A stretch of DNA of 64,000 nucleotides from Escherichia phage vB_EcoM_Schickermooser: sequence record NC_048196.1. The stretch is one strand, 5' to 3'. The notes beneath the pieces are model-generated. The model was not told the origin of the DNA, made no database searches, and worked only from the letters and a program-made list of their open reading frames with translations. The translations under genes were made by a program, and so were the position numbers. Shown here one piece after another: positions 10,449 through 20,209 of this stretch (the stretch's first letter is position 1; every line of letters begins with the position of its first letter).

Positions 10449-10850
10449 TTAGTATTGCTCGCCACTAATACGTTCCTTAAGTTGTTTAATAGCTTCAACT
10501 GCATCTACATAAGAAGAGTTATACATGTGTTTCAGTGCCACTCGGATTAAAGGATCTTTTGTGAAGAAATCAATAAGAAGCATAGCTTGATCATGTTTAG
10601 CTGCATTTGTCATAGATGGATAATTTTCACGAACCATATACGTGTTATTTTGCATAAGGGTTCTTTCTAGTTCGATACAATGAATAGCTTTATCTAGGTT
10701 AATCTGACGTTCACCTTTAATACGTGTTGCGTATTTTGCCAATTTGCAAAAACAAGGTGTGCCACCAACCAAATAAGTTAGTTCGATAGGTTGCATTGCC
10801 ATTTTTGTGTAGTGATCACCGTCAACCTGATTATCAAAAGCATTAGACAT
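10449..10850 (-). CDS. hypothetical protein, DUF3310-like (GDHYTK...QPIE motif)
   Basis: 133 aa track ORF; motif recalled from phage DUF3310 family. Confidence 0.4.
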   Translation of the reverse strand: MSNAFDNQVDGDHYTKMAMQPIELTYLVGGTPCFCKLAKYATRIKGERQINLDKAIHCIELERTLMQNNTYMVRENYPSMTNAAKHDQAMLLIDFFTKDPLIRVALKHMYNSSYVDAVEAIKQLKERISGEQY

Positions 10851-11070
10851 AATTTTCCTCCTGAATTCCTACTGCGCCTTCTTCTGGGTAATCTGTATAA
10901 TAAGCTACCCTACCTTGATAGATAACATCACCATCATCATTGTAGATTGCTGTATCTTCTTGAATTGTTATTTTAACGTCAAGTAAATCTGGGTCTTTCT
11001 CGATGGTGTAGTTTAAACCTAACATTTCAAACAGTTCGAAAATTTCGTTACCTGTTAATGTAATGCTCAT
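10843..11070 (-). CDS. hypothetical protein (about 75 aa)
   Basis: Track ORF 10843..11115; internal ATG with AGGAGG RBS preferred. Confidence 0.4.
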   Translation of the reverse strand: MSITLTGNEIFELFEMLGLNYTIEKDPDLLDVKITIQEDTAIYNDDGDVIYQGRVAYYTDYPEEGAVGIQEENYV

Positions 11071-11124
11071 ATTTCCTCCTTTTATTGTGGTTAGCAGAGT
11101 ATACACTAATATCAAATTTTTGTC

Positions 11125-11150
11125 AATAAAAAAGGGAGCAATAAGCTCCC
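11125..11150 (-). terminator. rho-independent terminator (minus orientation)
   Basis: Minus strand reads GGGAGCTTATTGCTCCCTTTTTTATT. Confidence 0.5.
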
Positions 11151-11156
11151 TGATTA

Positions 11157-12116
11157 TTAGATTCCAATAATAGTTGCTGCTCGTTTATCTTTGGATCTGG
11201 TGTTTGCTCTACTACGTGACAAACCTCCACAAGATTCACAACGAATGATATCGAAAGAACTTACCGCAGTGTGGTATTGTTTACCAGTAACAACGTGAAC
11301 GTGATCACTGCCACAACGAGAACAACGGACCTTCTCATCTGGGTAATAAGCGGATAAGTTAGGATGCTGTGGAATCCACGGAAGGATTTTCATATACAAA
11401 TCACGGAGCGAAACAACATCACCATCATTGTAAATCTGCATACGTTCAAAAGCATCACGATCACCTTCACAACATGCTTTCCATAAAGGGAACCCCTCGT
11501 TATCCAGTTTTTCACTTTCTGTTTCGAAATATGCTCCCATTTCTTTAAGGGAGTTGGAAGGAAGTGCAAATTGTTTCTTAGCTGCCTTCAATGTATCAAC
11601 AACTACATAATTAGAAGGAGGAGCCATATCGTGATATGCAAATCGTTGGTTAATGTATGCACGGTCAAACTTATATCCGTTGTGTGCCACAACTACATCT
11701 GCCTCATTCAGAAGGTTCCAAAGATCTTGGCAAAGCTCCCAATCATCTGTATGATCAATATCAAAAAGAGGATAAGAAGACAAGTTCTTACCTTCCACTT
11801 CACCAGTATACAGGTCGGCAGAAGAGTAAGATAACAAATAACCCCTACGAATTACTTGATCTGGAGAAATGAAGGCTTTGAATCGACGGAAAGTATATGC
11901 AATCTCTGGTGCAGTTTCAACATCAATAATTTTAATAACTGGTTGTTTCTTTTTAACTGGCTCTTGTTTACTTGCTCCGAATCGTGCAAGGAAATCGTTC
12001 ACTGTGCTTTTTCTTGTTGGACTACCTAAAACAATTGCTGCAATATTGCGAGAAGACATACCCTCTGCACTCATACTAAGGATATCTGCTTTCTGCTCTT
12101 CTGTTAATCTGCTCAC
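11157..12116 (-). CDS. DEDD-type 3'-5' exonuclease with C-terminal zinc ribbon
   Basis: DVET (Exo I) and HNGYKFD (Exo II) motifs; CSRCGS...CESCGG. Confidence 0.5.
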   Translation of the reverse strand: MSRLTEEQKADILSMSAEGMSSRNIAAIVLGSPTRKSTVNDFLARFGASKQEPVKKKQPVIKIIDVETAPEIAYTFRRFKAFISPDQVIRRGYLLSYSSADLYTGEVEGKNLSSYPLFDIDHTDDWELCQDLWNLLNEADVVVAHNGYKFDRAYINQRFAYHDMAPPSNYVVVDTLKAAKKQFALPSNSLKEMGAYFETESEKLDNEGFPLWKACCEGDRDAFERMQIYNDGDVVSLRDLYMKILPWIPQHPNLSAYYPDEKVRCSRCGSDHVHVVTGKQYHTAVSSFDIIRCESCGGLSRSRANTRSKDKRAATIIGI

Positions 12117-13231
12117 TCTGCCTCCTGTTGCGAGATGTATGACTGAAGCATACTCTCAAATGTTGTATCGTCATTATCCCAGCGTTTCATGTATACCAAC
12201 TGGAAAATTGTTTCTATCCATTCATCTGTTGTCATATGGACTTCTTCTCCATCCCAAGAAGTAAAATTAACACCATCTGGGAACCATGAGTAGTAAGTAT
12301 CTTTAACTGTTTGGAAAAGTTCTGCTTGAGTTTTACAAGCTGAAAGAAGATTAAAACAAGTAATATCTCCGAACTTAATATCAAAATCTTGATAAGGTCG
12401 GATACTATCTGTTTTATCTCCCATTAGCATCTGATATGCTAACCAGTAACTGCCCCAACCTTTAACTTCTTTCTTTTTACCTTTATCTACGATCCATATG
12501 TCGCCAATAGACTCGTCAATAAGAATTATATCTGGATTTTTAAATACTCCATCCTCTTTGTAGAAATTAAAAAGGATACTAGGAGTATGTAAACTATCTT
12601 TATCTATAGATACAACGATATAAGAAAATTTACCCGTCCTTTTATAATCTTTATAACCTTGGAAACCATACTTCTCTAACTCATCATCAGCTTCTATTAC
12701 AGTAACAACATCACCATTGTGGAACTCCACAAGATAATCTTTGGTTTCTGAAAGCTGGAGTGGTTTGATATCTAATCGTTCAGATTTATATTCTACAGGC
12801 ATTTTGAAGGCGTGTCTGAAAGTTTTTCCTACGCCAATAACTCCGCAATATTTTTCTAAACGTAGATGTTTTAGAATACCTAAGACTTTTGTTTTAGCTG
12901 CTTGGAAGGTGTGTCCGATATCTTCTGGCGGATATTGCTTATCAATGATTTCGAACTCTTCCTTTGTGAAGGGACGTTTGTTTTTGGAGGCTCTTTCTGC
13001 ATTTGTATCTCCTAGCCAACCTCCAATTTTAGTCTTGCTTTTACCCCAAAACTCTGTCTTATTTTTAAATTCCTTTTGAGCACCTGAAGGGATGTGCTTC
13101 GCAATGATTGTTCTTTTCTCTAATGCAGACGCTGCTTGGAAAGCGATCTGATCATAATCAATTGCAGCTATTGTTTCTTCGTTGACATATAAATGAAGAT
13201 CTTCAGGTTTAATTAAAATATAACCGCTAAT
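12113..13231 (-). CDS. T4 RNase H-like 5'-3' exonuclease / flap endonuclease; start codon uncertain
   Basis: Track ORF 12113..12802 starts at an internal Met; frame is open 143 further codons upstream with no ATG/GTG/TTG; N-terminal IDYDQIAFQAASAL resembles T4 RNase H. Confidence 0.45.
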   Translation of the reverse strand: MSGYILIKPEDLHLYVNEETIAAIDYDQIAFQAASALEKRTIIAKHIPSGAQKEFKNKTEFWGKSKTKIGGWLGDTNAERASKNKRPFTKEEFEIIDKQYPPEDIGHTFQAAKTKVLGILKHLRLEKYCGVIGVGKTFRHAFKMPVEYKSERLDIKPLQLSETKDYLVEFHNGDVVTVIEADDELEKYGFQGYKDYKRTGKFSYIVVSIDKDSLHTPSILFNFYKEDGVFKNPDIILIDESIGDIWIVDKGKKKEVKGWGSYWLAYQMLMGDKTDSIRPYQDFDIKFGDITCFNLLSACKTQAELFQTVKDTYYSWFPDGVNFTSWDGEEVHMTTDEWIETIFQLVYMKRWDNDDTTFESMLQSYISQQEAE

Positions 13232-13243
13232 ATTTCCCCCTAA

Positions 13244-13453
13244 TTATTCATCGTCATCCTCTGTTGAGAATGTTTTAGTATACGGACATTGACGACTTTT
13301 CGGGATTGCTATAACTTCATCTTGGTTAGCGTTAGAATAGTAGCAATATTTTGTGTTGCCATTAACTTCAGAATCAGACAAGATTAAAGTAATTTGACCT
13401 GCTGCTACTGTGAAACTAAAAGCTAAAAGAACGACTGTCAGAATCTTTTTCAT
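13244..13453 (-). CDS. small secreted protein (signal peptide, 69 aa)
   Basis: MKKILTVVLLAFSFTVAAG hydrophobic N-terminus; AGGAGG RBS. Confidence 0.45.
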   Translation of the reverse strand: MKKILTVVLLAFSFTVAAGQITLILSDSEVNGNTKYCYYSNANQDEVIAIPKSRQCPYTKTFSTEDDDE

Positions 13454-13463
13454 AACGCCTCCT

Positions 13464-13492
13464 AAAAAGCCTACCTCATTAAGTAGGTAGGC
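13464..13492 (-). terminator. hairpin plus T-run (minus orientation)
   Basis: 8-bp stem GCCTACCT/AGGTAGGC followed by TTTTT on minus strand. Confidence 0.4.
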
Positions 13493-13525
13493 ATAATATC
13501 ATAACTAATCCCGCAAGTCAAGAAC

Positions 13526-14404
13526 TTATTTAAGGATTGTTGCTTTGGTTAAATCTTCCATCAGACCTCGAATCTCATTGAAGCACAGAAGGACTGAAGC
13601 TTCAATACTACCTTCTTCGTCTGCAAAATATTTCGGAAAACGTAGTTTAGAAAGTTTAAACTCTTTATCCACTACAAAATCTACAACACCGTCATATTCA
13701 AGACCGATTGCAACAACATCTTTACCATCTTCTTTTAGTTCGACAGCTTTAGACTCGTATAGAGATTCTTTACTCCAAACAACAACGCCCTCGCTATCCT
13801 CCATTTTGATATAATTTCCGAGAGTAATACGATCTGCTTCGTGATTCTCCAGCAATTCACCAAAACCTTTTACAATAGCTTCTTCGTGCACACTAAAACC
13901 TACCGAAGGGAAAGTCCCCAGGACGGAACGGAGGAAAGAAGTAATCTCTTCTGCAACCTTTTTACTTCCATTAAGAACATAAAGAAGATTCGTAGTTTTA
14001 TCCAAGACAACATAGTTAAAGAAATCTTCAGGTTCTGTTTCAGGCAATAGTGCAAATTCAATATCTTCTTTCATTGCTTTGACTACTTCTTTATCGACAT
14101 AAAACTCTTTACCTTCGCTCTCCATGTCCTGACGCATTTCTTCTAGACGTTCATTCAGAATACGTTTAACTTTCTTTTTATCTACCTTCTTCACAGATTG
14201 ACCTACATTAAGCAGTTCAAGATCTGAAAACTCTTTTACAAATTTAGAGTCATCTTCGAAACGAACAAGACCGATAGTGTGTGACTGGGAGCCTTCTGCT
14301 GTTACAAATTCCAGAGGAATATCTGTAATGCTGTTAAGGGATGCTACAGAAGCATTGTCACCAACAACCATAGGCAGAGCGGATTTAAAAGATTTTACAA
14401 ACAT
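13526..14404 (-). CDS. hypothetical acidic protein (292 aa)
   Basis: Track ORF. Confidence 0.5.
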   Translation of the reverse strand: MFVKSFKSALPMVVGDNASVASLNSITDIPLEFVTAEGSQSHTIGLVRFEDDSKFVKEFSDLELLNVGQSVKKVDKKKVKRILNERLEEMRQDMESEGKEFYVDKEVVKAMKEDIEFALLPETEPEDFFNYVVLDKTTNLLYVLNGSKKVAEEITSFLRSVLGTFPSVGFSVHEEAIVKGFGELLENHEADRITLGNYIKMEDSEGVVVWSKESLYESKAVELKEDGKDVVAIGLEYDGVVDFVVDKEFKLSKLRFPKYFADEEGSIEASVLLCFNEIRGLMEDLTKATILK

Positions 14405-14460
14405 GTTTCCTCCTATTTAATACATCTCACATTACCGCCCATAAAGGGCGGCTTACAACA

Positions 14461-15186
14461 TTACTTATTAATAATACCTGCAATATTAGGTTTGACAAAG
14501 GTCGATGGTTTCATGATCTTACCTTTATCATCAAAGAACACATACACTTTCTGTTTTTCATTATAAACAGCATGAACACCAGTGTATGCCCCTTCTGGAC
14601 GATTGGCATTTCGTTCTTCAATTGCAGCGCATTCTTGTGCAATGGCTGAATCGATATCCGAAGTTTTCCAAGTTTTCAGCAACTGTTGTTTAGTTGGATA
14701 CTTGGAATCATTACTTTTCAATACCTCTTTAATAACTTTCTTTTCTGGATATTTTGAACGGATTAGAGTGTCACGAGACATACGCATAATACCAGCAGCC
14801 ATTAGTGCCATTTGAACTGGCTCTGTAAATGTTTGTTCCAAAGCATCAAAATCAGTATACACAGTTGGAGTAAAAACATCGCCTACAGCATAGTCCAAGA
14901 AATTCATCGTATGTTCTTCACCAAAGAACATGTAGGTCAGATAACTGGATACTACAAAAATATCCGCTGCTGCATCCAAGAGTTCTACATGATCGTTTAC
15001 TTTCGCGGCTGTTTCATACTCTTTAAGCTCTTCACGAACGAATCCGATTTGGGACATAAATAGCTCTTGAGTGAATTCAGGTTGTTCACCACCTCGTGCT
15101 TTAGCATTCCAATCAATCACGTGCTTCGCTGCATTTTTGAAAAATTCAGTATCGAACTTAATATCTTTAAAAAAATTCTCGATCAT
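14461..15186 (-). CDS. MazG-like nucleotide pyrophosphohydrolase (tentative)
   Basis: FVREELKEYETA...ELLDAAADIF resembles MazG EExxE...D motif. Confidence 0.35.
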   Translation of the reverse strand: MIENFFKDIKFDTEFFKNAAKHVIDWNAKARGGEQPEFTQELFMSQIGFVREELKEYETAAKVNDHVELLDAAADIFVVSSYLTYMFFGEEHTMNFLDYAVGDVFTPTVYTDFDALEQTFTEPVQMALMAAGIMRMSRDTLIRSKYPEKKVIKEVLKSNDSKYPTKQQLLKTWKTSDIDSAIAQECAAIEERNANRPEGAYTGVHAVYNEKQKVYVFFDDKGKIMKPSTFVKPNIAGIINK

Positions 15187-15195
15187 TATAACTCC

Positions 15196-15378
15196 TTATT
15201 TAAAATAGCTTTCTAGAAAGTTGCTAATATTTACTACAGTCTCACCCATGTAAATTCCTGCGAAACCGAAAACAAGCATACGTGGAATATTGAAATACCA
15301 TTTATCCGCTGGAAAAGATGCCAGAATTACAATAGCAATTGCTATCAGCATCATAAGAATTGTTGCTAAAATTATCAT
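15196..15378 (-). CDS. small membrane protein (about 60 aa)
   Basis: Track ORF 15196..15456; internal ATG with GGAGG RBS; hydrophobic. Confidence 0.35.
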   Translation of the reverse strand: MIILATILMMLIAIAIVILASFPADKWYFNIPRMLVFGFAGIYMGETVVNISNFLESYFK

Positions 15379-15578
15379 AAAAATGCCTCCAGGTATTTTG
15401 AACAATGATAAGCTAAGAAACAAGAAACTACCGCATACCCAACTCCAGACATACATGAATCAATCACAACACATACGGTTCTTTTCTTTGAATTCTTAGG
15501 AAAGTTTTCCGAAGCATTCATACAATAAAAAGAAAGTACACTGAAAACGATTAAAATGGCTAAGAACATTTTTCCTCC

Positions 15579-16694
15579 TTACTCTGCTGGTTCCCAAGTG
15601 CCTGGGATCATTTCTCGAATACGAACACCAACAGGTTTTGTTGGAATACCTTCATCTGAAAATTCTTCATACTCTATTTCAACGAACTGATTAATCAAGG
15701 TAGAAGCATTCTCTGCTTTACGATAATTGATAGTCTCATGAGCATCTTTACGCATTAAGAATTCGACTACTTTACCATTTTCCATCTCACCTGTCAACAC
15801 TCCATCGCCATTTTTATCGCTTTTTGAATTTGTTACTTTAACTTCAAGGGTGTGGCGAGGCTTACGTTTAATAACGTCATAAGAACGTTTATCAAATTCG
15901 TAAACTCCGTGAGCATTACGATATACTACACCTTCAGCTTTCTCAAGTAAAGCTTTTTCATAGAAAGCGTCAAACTGCTCTTGGTTTTCAATATACTCTG
16001 TATGAACTACACAAATAAGCTCGTCAAGACCATAATCTTCAACTACTGCCTTAAGAGCAGCAAGAGCATCAACACGTTTTTCAAACGGTAGACCTGGAAC
16101 TGGAATATCGTATACGTAATAATTCAGCAAAGGTGTATTTGCATTATGCTTCTTCCAAGCACTGTTAATTTGTTGCAGACTAAGGACACCTAACCCAGCA
16201 AACACTTCACCATCAAGAGGATGACCAACAACTTCACTAATAAAGTTTGGAATACCTTTCCAATGAGGTGGCAGGTTATACACTTCCCCAGCTTTTGATA
16301 AACACTCCCCTTTCATGTTAATCATAGAACGTAACCCGTTCAGTTTGTATTGTGCATAACCAGGGAACACAACCCTTTCAGGATAATCTTTATAATCCTG
16401 GCATTTCATTGGTGTGGAAGGAACATGGTTTTCAGCTTCTTCTTTTGTTTTATAATAGCCATTCTTTAACTGTTTTGTCCATTTGGCAAAAGCTTCAAGT
16501 TCAGCTTGTTCTTCCGGTGTTGTTTCATTGGAACGACCAATGTTTTTTGCTTCTGCTGTATAAGATTTTTCTGTGATCTTTCCACCTACTCTTCCATGAG
16601 CTACAGTAACAACTGCACCATCTGTATATACTGTCCACTGTTTAAGTTTTCCTTTTGAATCTTTACCATACAGCGTTTGATTTGTTTGTTGCAT
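15579..16694 (-). CDS. ATP-dependent DNA ligase
   Basis: 371 aa; motif I K-L-N-G-L-R at 16329..16346; N-terminal region typical of phage ligases; TAATG coupling with upstream ORF. Confidence 0.65.
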   Translation of the reverse strand: MQQTNQTLYGKDSKGKLKQWTVYTDGAVVTVAHGRVGGKITEKSYTAEAKNIGRSNETTPEEQAELEAFAKWTKQLKNGYYKTKEEAENHVPSTPMKCQDYKDYPERVVFPGYAQYKLNGLRSMINMKGECLSKAGEVYNLPPHWKGIPNFISEVVGHPLDGEVFAGLGVLSLQQINSAWKKHNANTPLLNYYVYDIPVPGLPFEKRVDALAALKAVVEDYGLDELICVVHTEYIENQEQFDAFYEKALLEKAEGVVYRNAHGVYEFDKRSYDVIKRKPRHTLEVKVTNSKSDKNGDGVLTGEMENGKVVEFLMRKDAHETINYRKAENASTLINQFVEIEYEEFSDEGIPTKPVGVRIREMIPGTWEPAE

Positions 16695-16915
16695 TAGTCC
16701 TCCCATTTAAAAACTGAAATTTTCAATCTGTTACACACTTCATCCAAATCTGCGTCGAGTAACGTTGTAGATGTTGCCAACATATAATCAATGCTTGTGA
16801 AACCTTGCCCTTTGGCATAGTCAAGCATATCTTCATACATATCTTCAAGATCACCGTCATCAAAAGTAGCTAGAAAATCCTCTTCTCCGCTACGAACATA
16901 AAATGCAGTACTCAT
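16694..16915 (-). CDS. hypothetical acidic protein (73 aa)
   Basis: Track ORF. Confidence 0.4.
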   Translation of the reverse strand: MSTAFYVRSGEEDFLATFDDGDLEDMYEDMLDYAKGQGFTSIDYMLATSTTLLDADLDEVCNRLKISVFKWED

Positions 16916-17103
16916 TCTTCTTCATCCCAAGATTCAAAAGCACAACAATCATCGGTTTCTATAATACCAACACGTCCGCAGGTATTGCAAGTGATTTTAT
17001 CCCCGTAGAATAAATAATTTTTATCACCCTCTGTGTTTACAGTTATGTCATTACTACCACAAGGGCAAGTCAGCCAACCAACAACAACGATATCTTTTTT
17101 CAT
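16912..17103 (-). CDS. small zinc-ribbon protein (63 aa)
   Basis: CPCGS...CNTCGR. Confidence 0.4.
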   Translation of the reverse strand: MKKDIVVVGWLTCPCGSNDITVNTEGDKNYLFYGDKITCNTCGRVGIIETDDCCAFESWDEEE

Positions 17104-17112
17104 AATCCCTCC

Positions 17113-17439
17113 TTAAGCGTTCAGTTCGTTGTTGAGTTCGTAAATCTCTTCTTGAAGAGCATCAATCTCTTCCTCCAAACGGGAGATCTCTTCTTTTAGA
17201 TATACCATTTCGGATTCTTTCTCTTCTAATTCATTTTCAAATTTTACTTTATTAGCCTCATTTTCATAATGCAGTTCAGCGTAATCATCACGCATTTGTT
17301 CAATAAGATGAATCAGAGACAAGATATAATTGTCTCCCGTTTCATCACGCCACTCTTCACCGTGACGGAGAACGGTAATTCGTCCAGTATCTTCATCTAA
17401 AATTGTCTCATATTTACGATCATCTGTATAAATCTGCAT
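17113..17439 (-). CDS. coiled-coil protein (108 aa)
   Basis: Heptad-rich EEISRLEEEIDALQEEIYELNNEL. Confidence 0.45.
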   Translation of the reverse strand: MQIYTDDRKYETILDEDTGRITVLRHGEEWRDETGDNYILSLIHLIEQMRDDYAELHYENEANKVKFENELEEKESEMVYLKEEISRLEEEIDALQEEIYELNNELNA

Positions 17440-17448
17440 TATTTCTCC

Positions 17449-17853
17449 TTATTGAAGTTTAAGTGAACCACGAAGACGTTTCTCTTGCTGATCACGGATA
17501 TATTGTGGAACCTCGTGAATTGAATCATTACCGTGCCTATTTTCAACAATTAAAGAGATAACTTGATAACCAAACTCTTCAGCAAGAGCTAGATAAGGTT
17601 TAAGTTCTTTCTCTGTGGTTGAAGTATTAGAAACAATAATCTTGTTAAGATTAGATGCCATAGCATCACGAACAATACCCTGACACCATGCGTGTGCTTT
17701 ACCTACATTTTCTGGCTTCCAATCGTAAACACCACTCTCTGTGTAATGATATTGATCTGCCTCACAGATAGGCCAATAACCTTCAGAAATAATTTCTGCT
17801 ACTGTAGATTTACCAGCACCTGAAACGCCACGTAAAATGATAAGTTGTTTCAT
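17449..17853 (-). CDS. pnk: polynucleotide 5'-kinase (T4 Pnk kinase-domain-like)
   Basis: Walker A GVSGAGKST; resembles T4 Pnk N-terminal domain; adjacent to RNA ligase. Confidence 0.6.
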   Translation of the reverse strand: MKQLIILRGVSGAGKSTVAEIISEGYWPICEADQYHYTESGVYDWKPENVGKAHAWCQGIVRDAMASNLNKIIVSNTSTTEKELKPYLALAEEFGYQVISLIVENRHGNDSIHEVPQYIRDQQEKRLRGSLKLQ

Positions 17854-18786
17854 TTATCCTCCAAAAAAGTTTTCGATTTTTTCACGTCGCTCTTGCTGAT
17901 TTAAAGCAGCCCATTGAGTCTTCGTAAAATTATTTCGAATCCATTCTAACAAAGCGTAATATTCTTCGTCAACCATTTGTTTGGCATTTTTTGGATTATC
18001 CCAAATCAGATCCCACTTTTTATCTCCACCGCGCATAAGAAACTTCTTAGTAAGATAGTGTGGTGATTTAATTTTTAAAAGTAAGTTGAACGGATAGTTT
18101 GTTTCACGAACTACAAACCCTTCGTGTTTACAATGTTTAGACATTTCAACAACATCTGAAAACTTAACCATTGGATGAACTTCAGGACGCTTAAATTTGG
18201 TGACAGAAGCAATTCCATCAAGAGCACCTTCAGGTAACATAAAACTTGTCCCATCAGGATTTTGAATTCTGGCACCAATTAAGTATGCACCTGGTTCTTC
18301 TTCGACAATATGCGGATCAGAAGGATCACAGATTTCAAAAAGGAAAGTTGCTTTTGCACTCTCTGTCCATTTGATGAAATGTTCTATGTCATCACACTCT
18401 GAAACAATACGATTCTTTGCAATACTTGCAAAATCTGATTCAAGGCTTCCTGTTGTCGATACAATAAGTTGACCTTTATATACACCTACAGAGGCCATAA
18501 AACCATTTACTTTACGAACCACATCTACAAGTTCATCCAATGGTAGATCTGTGCCATTCTCAAAACGATTAAAAATCTTAGTGAAAGGCCAAATAACAAC
18601 ATTGTCATCAGCATCAACAACGATTCCGCGACATTCTAGAAGACGAGAATCAATGCTCCATAAGTTATCCCAGAAAACTTTGTTCTTATACTTAAGAACA
18701 GATAGACCAGAATACTCTCCTTCTTTATATGTTTTCTTATGAACTAAACCTTTTTCAACCAAATCGTCGCAATTAAATTTAGTCAC
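17854..18786 (-). CDS. RNA ligase, Rnl1 (T4 RnlA)-like
   Basis: LLECRGIVVDADDNVVIWPFTKIFN and motif I KVNGFM resemble T4 RnlA ALECRGIMFE...KEDGSL. Confidence 0.6.
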   Translation of the reverse strand: MTKFNCDDLVEKGLVHKKTYKEGEYSGLSVLKYKNKVFWDNLWSIDSRLLECRGIVVDADDNVVIWPFTKIFNRFENGTDLPLDELVDVVRKVNGFMASVGVYKGQLIVSTTGSLESDFASIAKNRIVSECDDIEHFIKWTESAKATFLFEICDPSDPHIVEEEPGAYLIGARIQNPDGTSFMLPEGALDGIASVTKFKRPEVHPMVKFSDVVEMSKHCKHEGFVVRETNYPFNLLLKIKSPHYLTKKFLMRGGDKKWDLIWDNPKNAKQMVDEEYYALLEWIRNNFTKTQWAALNQQERREKIENFFGG

Positions 18787-18787
18787 A

Positions 18788-19339
18788 TTACTCTCCTTTG
18801 ATTATTTTGTGATGGTCTACAGTCACGATATCTCGTTTACTCATCATAGAAATTATCTCATCAAAATGCAAGATTTTTCCGTGTGCATCCCAACCCACAT
18901 CTAACATTTTACCATAAGCTTCATCAGGGAAAGATCCGTGGGAATGCCCGTGTAGCATGATTGATCCACGACCTTGTTTATTCCAGGAGGCCATAGGGTA
19001 ATGACTTAAGACGAAGAACAGCTTCTGATATTTCACTTCGTCATAATACACCACTTCCCCATACTCTGCAAGCACTTCTCGGTGTTTGCTGTAGTCATGG
19101 TTCCCAACACAGTAGGTGATATCTCCTTGGAGACGAGAAGCAATTTTACGGGTATCTTCTTCAGTTCCGAAACAGAAGTCGCCCAAATGCCACATCTTAA
19201 CACCAGGAGTAGTAGCACATTTGTTCCATGCTTCGATCAAGGCTTCTGTCATGTGGTCCATATCTTCCCACGGACGATATTCAGGAGCAAACTCTCGAAT
19301 ACGTTTATGCATAAAATGCAAATCGCTTGTAATAAACAT
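18788..19339 (-). CDS. calcineurin-like metallophosphoesterase
   Basis: GDF...GNHDY...GHSHG metallophosphatase motifs. Confidence 0.6.
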   Translation of the reverse strand: MFITSDLHFMHKRIREFAPEYRPWEDMDHMTEALIEAWNKCATTPGVKMWHLGDFCFGTEEDTRKIASRLQGDITYCVGNHDYSKHREVLAEYGEVVYYDEVKYQKLFFVLSHYPMASWNKQGRGSIMLHGHSHGSFPDEAYGKMLDVGWDAHGKILHFDEIISMMSKRDIVTVDHHKIIKGE

Positions 19340-19695
19340 TAGTATAATCCCTCGCTAAATAATTCATGGTCGTGACCATTACGCTCATGGTCGATCTGGT
19401 CAGCATTTTCCGCGATGATGTAAGCATCCGCACGACTCCACCAATTGTAATACTGATCGATAAAGCCTTGATTATCTGGTGTGCACAAAGTTTTGTTGAT
19501 TACACCTGCTTCTTTCAACACGTTTAACTGTGCATATAGTACAGGATTTGCATGTCGAACACAAGGAATAATTAACTCTTCACCATTATTCAAAATATAC
19601 TTATTTGCAGCACAGACGATAACACGTTGCGCATAATGACCCTCACCCATCCAGGTAAGAGGTTGGTAACAAATATTGTTTTCAATACCACTCAT
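19339..19695 (-). CDS. hypothetical protein (118 aa)
   Basis: Track ORF. Confidence 0.45.
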   Translation of the reverse strand: MSGIENNICYQPLTWMGEGHYAQRVIVCAANKYILNNGEELIIPCVRHANPVLYAQLNVLKEAGVINKTLCTPDNQGFIDQYYNWWSRADAYIIAENADQIDHERNGHDHELFSEGLY

Positions 19696-19854
19696 TGTTT
19701 CCTAATCCTCCTCTCTTAAGTTATCCTCGAAAAAACTAGTGTCTGGAAGTAAAAGATCATTACTTGTGTCGGGCCAATCCTCTTCTTCTCGGTAGATAAA
19801 GTAACCTTCGTCCTCTTCTTGTTCCGACCAAACCGAATGATGCATGTTCTCTCC

Positions 19855-20199
19855 TTAGTAGTGCACACGAATCATTTTAATACCATAACGCAGCATAGAT
19901 TCTTTTGCAAGCATGAATTTATCCCCAGCGGCGGGATTAGAAGTATGCACGAAAATGGTGGGTGAACCAAAGCAAGGTTTACCAAACGCCAGAAGTTCTT
20001 CCAGGTACAGGAAAACATCATACCCATCTTGGTCTGACTCCATACCTAAATCATTGTCAAAAGACCACTCGGTTACTCTTCGATACAGTTTAGCAGGATC
20101 GTTGAGAAAGGCCATAGCTTCTTGTGACGTTTTAAACCAAATTGCATCCTCCTGTCCATAGTCGGCTGGGTTCCGCATATCATCTATCCAAACTTTCAT
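19855..20199 (-). CDS. hypothetical protein (114 aa)
   Basis: Track ORF. Confidence 0.45.
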   Translation of the reverse strand: MKVWIDDMRNPADYGQEDAIWFKTSQEAMAFLNDPAKLYRRVTEWSFDNDLGMESDQDGYDVFLYLEELLAFGKPCFGSPTIFVHTSNPAAGDKFMLAKESMLRYGIKMIRVHY

Positions 20200-20209
20200 A
20201 TAACCTCCT

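Noticed and set aside
10271-10504. Minus-strand ORF (77 aa)
   Set aside because: Overlaps the terminator hairpin at 10331-10359 and the 3' end of the neighbouring gene; no RBS.
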